Source: Oikopleura dioica
Lineage: Eukaryota; Animalia; Chordata
Direction: 5' to 3'
Assembly: GCA_907165135.1 (NCBI GenBank)
Contig: OU015568.1
Coordinates: 3,534,001 to 3,598,000, forward strand
DNA length: 64,000 bases
Below the pieces are notes generated by a model. That model was not told the origin of the DNA and did not search any database. It saw nothing but the letters and a program-made list of their open reading frames with translations. Made by a program: the position numbers and the translations under genes. Numbering within the stretch: position 1 is the first letter of the stretch; each line of letters opens with the position of its first letter. Positions 1 to 13,000 of the stretch are shown in pieces.

Positions 1-1927
1 GATATCGATAAGAGAGTCGATTTCTGGAAGCTCTTTACTGATACCTGTCAAGCTCATGGCTCCATAAACAAAGGCCGCCGTGTTCGTATTTTCGCCGATA
101 AGAGCTGCTGTGATGGACAAACTCTGCACTAGAATCGTACTCGTTCCTGCGCCGAAAATGACCGGCAGCAAGTAAACACCCCAATGAACCTTGCCTCCGT
201 TTTCGATCGGGTCGTTTTCCAACAATCCTGCCCACATACAACCGGCGATCATGATCAAACAGCCAAGGAAGAAAGTCACATTCTGAACAAGTCCTTTCGG
301 ACGGGAAAGAAAAATTGGCATTGTTTACCTTGCCAAGATGTTTAGCAAGAGGTTTCATAGCAAAAGAGACAACAAAGCCCGTCAAATAATTGATGAGCGG
401 CAAGCTTGTGATGAATTCCTTCGGCAAGTCCAGTGATTCTTGGATGTAGAATGGAAAATAAGTTGCGGTTACATTGACAATCAGTCGTGTAAGACAATAA
501 AGGATTCCGACGTAGTAGAAGAGTGGCTCTTTCATCCATTGGCACCAAGTATCAACCTGAAAATTACCTCCAATTCTGAAAAAAACAAAGCTTTACCATG
601 GGTGCCTCATTATTCTTTCCAGCTCCGAGCTCATCAACAGCCAGAACAGAGCTTCTAAGCGAAACCCTGCTCAGCATTTGCGACGTAGAGGGGTCATTTT
701 CGCAACATTCTTCCTGATTTTCTTCTATGTCTCCACCTTTTTCCTCACAGGAGAGTTTTTCAGGGACAAAGAAGTGAAATATCAGGCCTTGGAAGACAAA
801 TCCAAGGGCAACAGCACCGAGGGAAAGCTTCTTGAAGACATGGGCGTCGGACCAGCTTACTTGGTCGGCTTTTTTTGGGTTTGGACATTTTTTCTGGTTT
901 TTTCACTTACTCAATGTTATATTTTCGAGAAGATTATACGACAGGAAGACTGACTTCGTTGTCTAAAGGCTTGTCTAAAAGTATCATTCGATTTAATTAA
1001 TAAGAAGTATATAAATTAATTTAAATCTGAAGTTTTATGGTTCTTTCTCATACTTTGAAAATATCTGTCTCAAACCTTCCTGGAGGATTGTCCCAAGAGC
1101 AATTTGGCTTCAATCCGTCTGTCACACTTTTTGTAAAGTCTCATTATCCAAAGTCATTTAAAAACGACCTTTTGGAATTTGACCTGTTTCCTGAGAATCT
1201 CAGGATCAAGCTCGGAGTCGTCTGGCGACTCTAGAAACAGACTTCGGCCAACAAGAAAGACGGTGATAGATGACAGCAGAGTAAATACGTTTCTGATGGA
1301 GGTGAGCTGCACTCGTGCAGAATCCTTGCACGTGAGGAATGGAATCAAGCTCAAGTGGGAGACCTAAGCATTTTTCGGTGAAAAAAAAATTCCGTCACTT
1401 TTCTCGAAGAGTTTATGTAACACTTTCGTAAAAAGGAAAAAAAACGTACCTGCGCAGAGGCCCAAGCGATTTGGAATAAAACAATAAATGGGATGTAAAA
1501 CAAAAAGAGCTGAAATTCGGACCAGTTTTCACTTGGCCGGTCGTATCCAGGAGGAGGGGAGTAAATAAACGGAAAACTAAAAATAATGAAAAATTAATCG
1601 ATGATAATAACTTTACGTGAAGGTTATAAGAAGAGTGCCAAACATATGCCAGCTTTTTCGCTTGCCATATTTTTCCCCACAAAGGCCGACTTTGTCCAGG
1701 CCAATTCCAACCAGAGGTGTGGCGATTCCATCCGTCAACTGGCCAATTGTCAGAAGAAAACCAGAGTATAATTTTGATAAGCCTACTACTTCTTGAAGAC
1801 AAACTTTTTGGCTTTTCAAATGGACTCTTTCAGATCCTTTCTGTTATATGAAAAGCCATCCCTAGAAGATAACTAAACCACATCGTCGCAACCAAATCCG
1901 ACTGCACATGACCAACTCCATAGCCCC
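1..1927 (-). CDS. MFSD12: Major facilitator superfamily transporter, MFSD12-like (multi-exon; 3' end runs off the window start)
   Basis: Spliced minus-strand exons give GYGVGHVQSDLVATMWFSYLL, GQLTDGIATPLVG, KRKSWHMFGT, RVQLTSIRNVFT, EPLFYYVGILYCLTRLIVNVTATY and GAGTSTILVQSLSITAALIGENTNTAAFVYGAMS, all matching recalled MFSD12 motifs. Confidence 0.88.
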
Positions 1928-2304
1928 AAAAAGTCTGAAAAACAACCTCAATGTCAAATCTCAATCATGGTTATCACGCGTCATGTGACCGTCATTGATG
2001 AAAGTTAGATAATTCCCCTGTCCACTTGTGATTCAAAGTATGAAAAAGAACGTGAGAATCATTCATTCTATTTAGCGCACGATAGAACCGGCAAAGACTG
2101 GTGCGATCAAGGAGGAAACGCGTTAAGTTTAATGATGACTTTAAAATTTACAAGGTCAAGATTGATTTTATGAGGATGCTGACAAGTTCAAGCGACAAGT
2201 CTTCTTGTTACGTAATCAAATTTAGGTTTAAACTCGTCTAATTTGTAGAAAAAAAAAAGTAATTTTGGAAGAAAAAATGACCGAAAAAGCCGTTTTTTCG
2301 CCCG

Positions 2305-2754
2305 TCAAATTACCTTTGACGTCCATTTGAATCTTCTGTAATCGACAGTACTTCTCTGCGTCGTCAATCTCGATCTCTGTTCATTATTCTTTGATTCATC
2401 ATTATTATTCGCCATTCTCAATGATTTGATTCTTTCTTTTTGACGATTTCTCTGTCTGAAAATGAACGAGTTATTTTTGTTTGCCAATGTCAGAAGGAAG
2501 CGAGGTTACAAAAACTTTATAATCTCGTGTTTGTCTTCTTCTTGTTCTTGTATCACGAAATACGGAAATACAGACATGCCGGCATACGATGGGCGGGCTG
2601 TATGATGAAAATCTCCCACGATGCACGAGTGACCTCTAACCCGCTCGGCCAAGGGCAAGGGTAGAAAATCTACGTCAGAATAACAATTGAATATATTAGG
2701 GCAGGAAGGAATATTTTTCCTATTTTGGAGAGGAAATATTTTTTGGGAAAGCAA
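2305..2754 (-). CDS. Small spliced protein of unknown function
   Basis: ORFs 2506-2754 and 2305-2487 join in frame across a GTAACC...TTTTCAG intron. No recognisable domain. Confidence 0.35.
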
Positions 2755-3237
2755 AATAAAAGGAGTTTTCTCTTAGAAGTCTCAATTTTACGGATCTTTC
2801 TCTTGATAAATTCTGTTCGGTTCATATTTTTCAAAATCTCTGCCGTTTATTCTTAGGGGTGTATCGATTCTAAATATTAATCGTTCGATAAAAGTCTCGC
2901 AAGCAAAAGATCAATCTCTTTATTACGGCAGTAAAAATTACAACATCAAATGTCAAAGAAGACCATCTTCATTTTCATCTCTCAGACGGGTATTCTCTAA
3001 GACCGAATTACGAAAATAAAAATGGCAATTTCGAAAATTGAAGAAAACAACGAAAAAACTGTGCTCTTTTTAAACTCTTCATTTATCGATCAGTTGAACA
3101 CTTGGCGAGTGCCCAAATTTCTGTCAAGTCTGATTTTAGTGTCTCTTTTTTTTCTCTCTCTCTGTTCAGAATTAACGGAAGAGGCAAAAAGCTTTCCATG
3201 GTCCTAAAGAGCGAGTTGCTCAGGATTTATTACCCGG

Positions 3238-4591
3238 TTACACTTCTCTCGCGCAAGTACTTGAATCTTGTTTTATATCCAGATGTCGCGGTAAATTGAT
3301 GGCTCTCGAATCAGTGGGAAAAATGAACTTATATGTGTCTCCGAGAATCGGCGAACTTGATCGTGATTCGGGCGGAAAGGGCAAGATAATTTTACATATT
3401 TCTTTTCTTACTTTTTGTCTGAAGGAATGAAGGAGGTCTGACAATTCTGCAATTCTAGCGTCTTTTTCTTCCAAAACAACCTCGATTTTAAAATTATTTT
3501 TTGCAATTGGGAAAATTTTCAATGCTTCAGAATCTTTATAAGGAAAGTAAATCTGAAGCCAACAACTCGAATCTGAAGACAAATGTTTGCAGAGTCCAAT
3601 GTTCCCGTTCTCCGCTAATGCCCCTCAGATTTTAGCTGTCAAGAGTGGATTTATTTCTGCAACTATCTTCGAGTTGTTTCCGTAAATAATATTTATGAGA
3701 ATCGAGGCTTTATTTGACAGTTTCGGGAATCAGCTGCTGATACGGAATCACTAATCATCGAATATTTTTGACTTTCAGGAAAAAAATATTTTTGAAGTCA
3801 CACCCTTATTGACGGGATGGTGTCTGGAACCGACAAAAAATTTCGACAAAATTTGCGTAGGCGGCTACTCGGCTGCTGATTGGCCGGTTTGCTGAATCTA
3901 GGCTTCTGATTGGTTGAAAATTTCCATGCAAAATTTATCGAAATCTTTTGTCGGTTCCAGACACCTCCCCTTATTCACGAGGGGTATTTTTCTGAAACTA
4001 TCACTCGATATAGTACCCTAGGCTTATTCCTGAGAAGCTTGAGATCAATAAATAAAGATCTATTTTAAAAGTTGCCACCCACGATCCCTGGGATTATCGA
4101 CTATTGGTATGCTTATTCAAGTACCCCCGTTTTTGCTTGTATAAATAATAGAGCATTTGAGTGAAAACCTTTGAAGCAAAGCTCCGAAATTTTCATTGTT
4201 GAGTAGTTTCCAACAATGGTCCGCCTTTTGTGATTTCCTCTGGCCAATCGTTAACAACTTTGCTAGAGGCCAAAAGAGTTGCCACGGAAAGAGAAATATT
4301 CAATTGGCAATTGCCCATCAACCTGACTGAAGAAGATTGAAAGAAAAATATATTCTAGCGCAGCGTCTTTGAAACAGAGATTTGTCTGAAGATATGGAAG
4401 CCCACGATAGTACAAAGGTTTTGATGCGATAAATGTTTTTTTTTATCAAAAGAAGGGCTATATCGCCATTTAGCAAAAAAATCACTGCCATGGAGCTTTT
4501 TCACTAAAAAATGCATTTTGAAGTCGCTCGGATCTGTTACATCATCAACTCCAGAAGCCGATCGAGATCCCCTAAGCTGCTCAATTTGCAA
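3238..4591 (-). CDS. Possible multi-exon gene of unknown function with a short coiled-coil segment
   Basis: ORFs 3238-3582 (EVVLEEKDARIAELSDLLHSFRQKVRKE) and 4355-4591; exon linkage not resolved. Confidence 0.25.
3814..3969. mobile_element. MITE, Mutator-like (~156 bp)
   Basis: TIR core GGTGTCTGGAACCGACAAAA at 3819, with reverse complement ending 3965. Flanks CTTATTGAC / CTTATTCAC form a 9-bp TSD with 1 mismatch. Confidence 0.65.
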
Positions 4592-4938
4592 GAAACGTAC
4601 TGTAAATCCAAAGTTCCTCCCCTGCCTACATTCATTTTGCTACCAGTGTATCAAAAAGGTATGAAATTCTCGTCATAGACAATTTTAATTTGATTTATTC
4701 AACAAAAAAAAGCTTAAAATCAAACAAAAAAGCTGTATCAGACTTTTCAATCAGCATGAAACTCATTTATTATTAATAAAATTGAATATTGAGGATTAAT
4801 TTTGAACGATTTTTTTGCGTAATCTAACGGCTTTAGAAGAGATAATTTCCTGCAGCAATTAAATAAAACGCTTTTTATAATAATTTTTTATTTCATGCGG
4901 TGCAATAAAATTAGCGCCGGCTAAAAATAGAATCTGCA

Positions 4939-6883
4939 AATGAGTAAGGCTGTGATTTAGCTGCCAGAAAGCGGAGATCTCAATTGCCCTGATTGCTTTG
5001 CCTCGTTTCAGTTTTTGACGAAGGAAGAAGATTATATTACTGATTATACCAAGGAAAAGGTTTTATTGGAATGTTATAATTATGAGTCTGAATTTGAAAT
5101 GGCATCTTTAATTACTTATTCGAGGCATCGGCATTGCTATGATGTTTTTTGTTTCATTTTCTGTTTTCTCAATCAATTGATTGACAATCATGCTTGTTTT
5201 CAAGCATTTATACGAAAATTGACGAGAGCGCCCCTGAACCCTTGAAAAAGATCGTATCTGATTCCAACGACGCCACGAAATGCGACCTTTGTTGTTCCGA
5301 AGAACCCCTGGACGGATACTGCGTTAGCTGTGAAATTTCCTTGTGCGTATTTTGCCGTCAAGCTCACTTGGTAAAAATCAACTTATCCTGCCTCCCCTTG
5401 AAATTGAATTTCAGCGGCAAAGTGCAACGAAAAGCCACGTAATCAACAAACTACAGAGCTGGACAGTGCAGTGTACAACTCATCCTGAAGAACAGTGCTC
5501 GATTTTTTGCCTCACATGTTCGGAGCTTTGTTGCAGGAAAGGCTCTAGATTCTAGAATAATTATTGAAAATTTCAAAGCGCTTTGATTTTGATTCGATTC
5601 TTAGCCTTTTTGAGAGACTGTTGCCTGACAATCCACCGATCCCATGAAACTCAATTCGTCGAAGAAGTAGATGGCCCCTTAGTTCATCAATTTGCCGCAC
5701 GACTTGATGAAAATGATCAATTGATAAACGATCTGTCAGATAAACTTGATGAAGCTGAGAAACGAAAAGAAACGATTGAAAAAGAGGCCGAATTTGTTAC
5801 TCAACAAGTGACTGACTACTTTGATCGATACATTGAAGCCATCAAGGTAATTTCACTTGGGAAAATCAAGCTCGAATTCTTCCTTTAGAAACATTCAGAA
5901 GACGTCATCAAAAATGTCCAAACAATTAAGAACGCCGAGCTCTCAAAAATGGACGAAATGATCGGCGACCTAAAAGCACTCGGACAAGACATCGAGACAG
6001 CTACGGATGTCGGAAATGTCGCTGCAGATGTTGGAGGAGCTCAAATGGTGCACATGCTTCCAATCTTGAATGACAGATTTACGAATCTTCATACAAAGGC
6101 TTCGCGACTTGAACCGTAAGATTACAAGTATGGGCTTATATATATATCGATATTCTTTCTAAAGAAATAAATATTTTTTGACAAAAGATTTTTCAGAATA
6201 CCAGCAAAGTTCTCAGTTGGATTCGATGCGACGAAAGATGTTACTTTCGAGGAAATGAGCTTCAAGGGAGACTTAGAAAGCAAAGTATCGGCAAGAAAAT
6301 GCAAGCTGATACAAAATTTCAAGGTTTGAGTAAACACCATAAATATTTAAAAAGACTTTGACTATGAGGATTTTCTCTTGCATGGTAATTTTGAGCTTCT
6401 TATCCTAGTTTCGTCATTTAATATAGCTTAAACCCGAGGATTCAATTTCAGGCTGCGAATGTAAACGAACCCTTCGAATTCATCCTTGATACTTCTTCAT
6501 GCTCTACCCCCATATCAACACGCGACGTGTCTGTTGATATCCGACACAAACGATCACAAGAAAGTGGAAAATACAAAATCCGAGCGGGCGCAGAAGGGAA
6601 CATCCTTCTAAAATTCCTGACAAGCACGACTGGTCATCATGAAATCAAAGTTTCGGTAGGTCGACTCTTTCCTCCCCTGATGATTATTCTTTATAAGATA
6701 AATGGGCATCAGCTGAAAGAATGCCCATTGAAAGTCTCCGTCCGAAGCCGTCGAGCATCCTCTCGAGCATCTACGAAAAACCGCGACCATCTGATCTCAA
6801 GCCCAACAGCTCACCTGACAAGTAGTAGACCAATGTCGCCAAACGACTCGGTTACCTCACATTTTCAAACTGTTACACTTTAA
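4939..6883 (+). CDS. TRIM-family protein (B-box1, B-box2, coiled coil, filamin repeat), TRIM45-like; start uncertain
   Basis: CDLCCSEEPLDGYCVSCEISLCVFCRQAH (B-box1), CTTHPEEQCSIFCLTCSELCCRDCCLTIHRSH (B-box2), a coiled-coil exon at 5590-5850, and a filamin-like GHHEIKVS-INGHQLKECPLKVSV. Only a partial RING-like LNCPDC is visible near 4990. Confidence 0.8.
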
Positions 6884-7147
6884 AAATATTCTTCGAGAAT
6901 AAAAGGACATGTGAAGGGAGTAATTTTTGTTCTGTTTGAATTTTCCTGCATCTCCTAGAAAATTTTTTTTTAATCGAGATGCGATAAAACAGAATTTTTT
7001 CCATAGATACGACTTTTCCTAAACTTCCTATCAAATTAAACCAGTCAGGATAACATTTACGAAAAATCATTTGCCGGTCGTACGCCATAAATACCAAGAT
7101 ATAAAGTGAACTGTCTCCTCAAATTTTGATCATATTTCGCTAAAAAA

Positions 7148-7688
7148 ATGATCGAATTTAAAATCGGTCAAGAAAGAGGGCTTTGCGGCGACTGGAGTCT
7201 TTATTGGGCCAACTTTTGCTATTGGACCGCTGTCGCCTTTCAAATTATCATTTGCTTTCAAGTTCAATTCATGTGTATATACTGGAGAAACGTCTCTACA
7301 ACGGGAACAATCGCGTCTGCTATTTTAGGTAAGAAGAATTGATGGACAGTGATTTATAACAAATTGTTATTAAAAATACTGTATTCAAGGTTTTATCGCA
7401 CTCACTTTCTGGTTGGCCTTTTACATCAGGGGTTTCTATGAGATTCTTGTGACTTTTTGGACCGTCGTGTTACTGAACAGTCTCGCTGCTGTTTCAAACA
7501 TTGGATACTTTTTCGGTCTTTCTCAAACAATTTCTATGTCTCAAGTTTCTCCAGCGGAATCAGCAGATAAATCTTCAAATATCAGCGCGGCGATTTCCTG
7601 TGCAAACGCTCTTGGTGGTTTGAATTTTTGTTTTTTTCTTGCACTGCTTTCTGTTCTTGTTCTCAGCGGATTTTGTGTTTTTTACTAA
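7148..7688 (+). CDS. Orphan ~4-TM membrane protein (family member 1), two exons
   Basis: Exon 1 ends ...SAILG|gtaag; exon 2 reads FIALTFWLAFYIRGFYEILVTFW...LLSVLVLSGFCVFY*. Same layout as the genes at 51070 and 51940. Confidence 0.65.
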
Positions 7689-7816
7689 TATAAGCTCCCA
7701 AGTTTCGACATTTGCATAGGATTGATAATTGTCTGTTTTTAATAGTATATTATCTTAATTATCTGTTTTTCTGAATAATTAACTGTGGCTTCAATAAATA
7801 ATGAACAGAAAGTAAG

Positions 7817-9354
7817 TTAGACTATATCAGACGTTTTCTTCTCGAGTTTCAGCTGATCTTCATGATCATTAGTTCTCCTCCTTAATTCTTCTTCCAGGCA
7901 TTGAATGGCAAAATCATCATGATCGTCGAACTTGTTTGCGAACATATGAGGCCGATTGGTCACCTGAAAATTTATGAGTTTCAAGGTGATGATAGAACAA
8001 GTCGTAAAGCGGGGACTTACCCACGCGAGATCGCCACTTCCGAAAACGCAAACGCCGCGCCGAGTGTATCCTTGACAATGATGAGGAGGTGATTTCGCAT
8101 TTGTCCATAAAATCAGACGGGAGAATTCGTTCGTGCTATTCTGAATAAATAGCAAAGTGAGTAGGATCTATTCAAAAATTCTGACAACTCCTACTATAGG
8201 ACAAAGACCGCAGAATTCCTTGCCAGTTCTTCTCGAATCTAACTTACCTTCATTTGAAATTCATGCCCTGGAGCGCGTTCCATCCAAGCAATCGATGCCC
8301 AAATAAACTCATCTGGCGAAAAAGCATCTCTAGACCACTCAATCAGCTCCTTTACTTCTTCATCTTTCGTCATCCAATTCACAAACTCCCTGGTCACCAT
8401 ATTATACGCACTTCCAGCATAAATTTCAATATCAATAGGCGGCGGTGATTTTCTCCAAATCGTCGGTTTCGGGATAAATTTATATTCTCTGAAGAAATTT
8501 CTTTTGATCCTCCAGTGCCTTTGGTAGCGCTTGAGCTTCTTCTTTGGCATCGTTTCACTGGTGATCGAGTTTTGTGGATAAATTGACCGGAGATGATCGA
8601 CAATTTCAGAGTTTGTTTTCAGGGGAAAATCCTCTCCGCAAACGTTGATTAAATATCTCCACTGGATTTGATGCTCCAGAAGCTCTTCCATGCAGTTAAG
8701 ATCAGCTTGGAAACGCTCGTACGATCCCCAAAGGACGCTTTCTCTTTTTCCCGCGAGAAAAACATTTGGAAAACAACTGGCTAGCTCTTCGAGATCGCTA
8801 TAAACATCGTATGGTGATTTGGCATCGATATGAATACAGTAGACATTCTCAGACGAGTATATCGCCCGTAGCAGTCGCTCAACTTGGCCTGGGTTTTTGT
8901 GGACGACCATCGAATAAGCAAGAGGGAAATCGGTTCTTTGAGGTGAATTTAAATTCGGGTAGTTTCGGATTTTGAAGTATTCTTGGCAGCTTGTTTCTTG
9001 AATAAAGGTGGAAATCGCTCCATTTGGAAATGAAAGCGAGTCGATTTTCGTGGAAGTTTTTAGTTGCTGAACTCTCTCAAGTTCCCCAGTATCTTCCTAA
9101 AATTTTTGTCGGTACTAGATGCTAAATTTCAGTACCTTGATAAGTGATTCACAATTTGGGAAGCTTCTGGCTTCTCTGAAATCAAAATAGCCTTGCAACT
9201 TTCTTCGAAAATCTTCATCAAGCTCTGTTGTTTTGTACCTCACCACTTTCTTCTCGACAGTTATCTCTTCCGCGATTCCGCCATGTCGAAGTTTTAAGAA
9301 GAAGATGATGAAAGAAATGACTATAAAAAATCCCTTCAGTATAAATTTAAGCAT
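7817..9354 (-). CDS. Beta-1,6-N-acetylglucosaminyltransferase (GT14, core-2/I-branching, GCNT-like)
   Basis: N-terminal type II anchor MLKFILKGFFIVISFIIFFL; VVHKNPGQVERLLRAIYSSENVYCIHIDAKS; WRYLINVCGEDFPLKTN; SPDEFIWASI; CQGYTRRGVCVFGSGDL; FANKFD. Confidence 0.92.
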
Positions 9355-10039
9355 TGTTTGACCAACAGAGTGCCGAGTTCGCATGCTTCAGTGTTTGTTA
9401 AAAGCATATATCTTTGTTGATTTTGGTTGAAATTTTGGCTTCTCTCTACTATTAAAATCTATTTCCTGTAGTGTGTACTTTTCTCATGGCAGTCTCTCTC
9501 TTTCGACTAATTTGATTCGCTCCAGAAGAGTACTTCTTGAAATATTTTTGCGCTTGAGTTCAGCTGAAACAACTCAGTGTTGCTATTCTCTTTTCATTTT
9601 ATTTTATATAATTTATAAACACTTTCGCTTCAGCGCTTTTTCTCTTACAAGAATGACAGAGTATAATAGGAGGTATTTGATTACTTTCTGCTAGTCGAAC
9701 TAATCGCGAAAAATCTCCGTTTATTAAGTTTTTAATCAACGTCAGAGCTAATTCAAAAAGGCTTAACTCTTAGTTAAAGGAGACTTACTCTTGAAAAATT
9801 CGAGAGAAGACGTGAATGATTCATTGGGTACAAGAGTCCAAGATTCTTCAATGAACATTTCTGTTCAACCGATATACTGATAAATATGAGCCCAAAAAGA
9901 TGATCCTGAATATCGCTAACCTGTTGTTATATAATAAATACACGGCAACAAGCGTGCAGGCTTGAGTTCAGCAGCCCAAGAAGTGATTTTCTCTTTCATT
10001 TCATTTTTTTTTTCGAAATTTACACTGCTCTCCGTTCAG

Positions 10040-13000
10040 ATCCGTTACGATTTCGCTCAAGATAACAATCACTTTACCCCCGAGCTACTGTTGAACTATC
10101 GCTCTTCATCACAGCTGCTATCTCATTTTCTTGAGTATTGACCTTCTTCTTACTTGTAGAGCCCGTGGTGAAGCTGCATAGTTGATAATCAACTTAGGGG
10201 CCAGGGTTAAGGTCAGTGGTGACCGTTAGGGTTAGGCCAGCCTCTTCTACGAATAAGATTTTCTAGCCGAGATTTCGGAAAGAAAAGGAATTCCGAGGAA
10301 ATCTTAAAATCTTAAGACCTGTCGTTTTACTGTATGAATCAGACAATTTTGAAGATCGATAATAATTAAAGTCATCAAATTATCAATGCGATCCTTTTCT
10401 GTGCAAAGCCGTCTCAAATCACAGTAAAATGCATCTCTCGCTGCATCATTTGTGCCAGTAGAAGAGAAGAGATGCTGCTGAAAGCTTCGAAATCCCGGAG
10501 AAGAGGTTTTTGTAACAATATCGTCTACTATTCGTTTTGGATGATAGCATCGTTGCACACTATTTTGACTGTGAATACGCACTTGTTGCGCTTCATCAAG
10601 TTTCGATCGTATTTTCTCCAGCAACATGACGATTTCGGTAAGATTCATTTGAAACAAGACATGTCACTCTTCAGATCTTTCCTTTCCAAAAGTAACTGTC
10701 TGCACATCTTCAATGCATTCATACAGGAAGCTCAAAGAACTCTACCCTCAAATGAGTCTTCGAGCGCTCAAGGAATTCTACGGACATTCTGTCATCCGAC
10801 AAATTAGCTTTACCCACCAACATGGTACGAATTTCACAGCTTTCAAGCAGAAATTCGACCCGAAGAGTTTGATGTCTAGTTCAAGAATAAATGTGACGGA
10901 ACTGAACCAAATCGACTTGGGTAAGATGAAGACCACAAAGTGTTGAAAAATTTTGCATCTTCGATATTTGTTAATGATTTATATTCTGAAGCTTACTTTA
11001 AATCATCCTTCGAACGTACCTGCTTAATACCAATATTACGTATTGTTACAAATAACACAAAAATCCGAAAAATTTCATGAACGAAACTTTTAGCCGAATT
11101 CATGATCAACACCCTCCCAAACTACTTGATGGTCCATTGCGTGCTAGAATTCCTCGACTGCCGATTTCTCTGGGAAAAAGTCTTTTCCATGAACGGATTG
11201 TGCTACAGATTTGATGTTCAAAAAGCCATCGAGCGCCACAACGAGGTATTTTCTATAATTCTTGAAATCAAGGAAGAAATCAAGAGACCCACTATCATTT
11301 TTAGCTCCATCTGAGCACCGCAAATGGCGGAAAACTCAGCAAGTATGAGAAGAAGCAAATGGAAACAATTCAGAAGCTGATGACGCTCAAGTACTGGAAA
11401 AACTTTTCGGTAAAATCAAGTTTCCATCAAATTTTCGATTGTTTAGTTCGTCATCGGTTTGAACAAGTCTGACAATACATATGGCTGGAATGTTGCTCAA
11501 AGTCCCCTGTACATGCGAATATCGCATTATCAAAAGTTTGGTCCGAAAATTAAAATTATTTTCAGACCGTTTTTCTTTTCAGTCGATATGAATTCGCAGA
11601 TATCATACCGTTGTCTAAGACGTTGATTCCTACGATTTTAATCAGGTAAAAATCCATAGAAAACCGAAATTACTCGCTCTTAGGACGGTTAAAACAGAGT
11701 TCCACGCAAGTCCCTACACAGACTGCGTGCAAGATCTGCCCGAGTATCACTGCGCCAATTATTCTGAGCCAGTTGGCCAGAGTTTCGCCAACGTCAGCGA
11801 CAAATGCTACGATGAGAGCGTCTGCAAGATGAAGATTGCTGTCAAGACCATTTTGGAAGAGTGTGAATGTGCGCCGACGTATTTGGGCTCGCATAAAAAT
11901 AAATCATGGCTGGAATATCTTCAGTCAGAAGAGGCGCTGGAAGGACCTGATCAACCAGTTTTCAGGACGAATGTTTCAAGGTAAAAATAAACAGGTGGCC
12001 TGTAAGAGGCCCTGATGAGCAGTACAAACACCATTCTTCAAGATCCTGCAACTTTTTGGATCACTCAACCTGCATCGCTTTTCTAATGCAAAATCCGGAA
12101 GCGCACATTTCGCCGAGCTCTGAAAAGATGCACACTTGCAAGCCAAACTGCCAGACGTATGAAAAGAAAATCGAAACAATACAGTATCGCGGGAGCCATC
12201 CCGACTCATACAGTCATATGTTAGTTCAGAAATCCTATTTGTAGTTTGGAAACTGACATTTATTAGACGGAGAAAGCATAAATTGGGAGATGAAACAGAA
12301 TTCTTCAAAGCTACTGTTGAACTATCGCTCTTCATCACAGCTGCTATCTCATTTTCTTGAGTATTGACCTTCTTCTTACTTGTAGAGCCCGTGGTGAAGC
12401 TGCATAGTTGATAATCAACTTAGGGGCCAGGGTTAAGGTCAGTGGTGACCGTTAGGGTTAGGCCAGCCTCTTCTACGAATAAGATTTTCTAGCCGAGATT
12501 TCGGAAAGAAAAGGAATTCCGAGGAAATCTTAAAATCTTAAGACCTGTCGTTTTACTGTATGAATCAGACAATTTTGAAGATCGATAATAATTAAAGTCA
12601 TCAAATTATCAATGCGATCCTTTCTGTCAGAAAATTTCATGCTCCGTCGCAAAGCCGTCTCAAATCACAGTAAAATGCATCTCTCGCTGCATCATTTGTG
12701 CCAGTAGAAGAGAAGAGAGATGCTGCTGAAAGCTTCGAAATCCCGGAGAAGAGGTTTTTGTAACAATATCGTCTACTATTCGTTTTGGATGATAGCATCG
12801 TTGCACACTATTTTGACTGTGAATACGCACTTGTTGCGCTTCATCAAGTTTCGATCGTATTTTCTCCAGCAACATGACGATTTCGGTAAGATTCATTTGA
12901 AACAAGACATGTCACTCTTCAGATCTTTCCTTTCCAAAAGTAACTGTCTGCACATCTTCAATGCATTCATACAGGAAGCTCAAAGAACTCTACCCTCAAA

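Noticed and set aside
678-953. Plus-strand ORF resembling a 2-TM protein
   Set aside because: It is the antisense shadow of the E/K-rich central loop exon of MFSD12, which is open on the minus strand.
10304-10657. 117-aa minus-strand ORF (and its broken copy at 12660-12905)
   Set aside because: It overlaps the plus-strand DEG/ENaC TM1 exon and has no recognisable domain; probably a shadow ORF.
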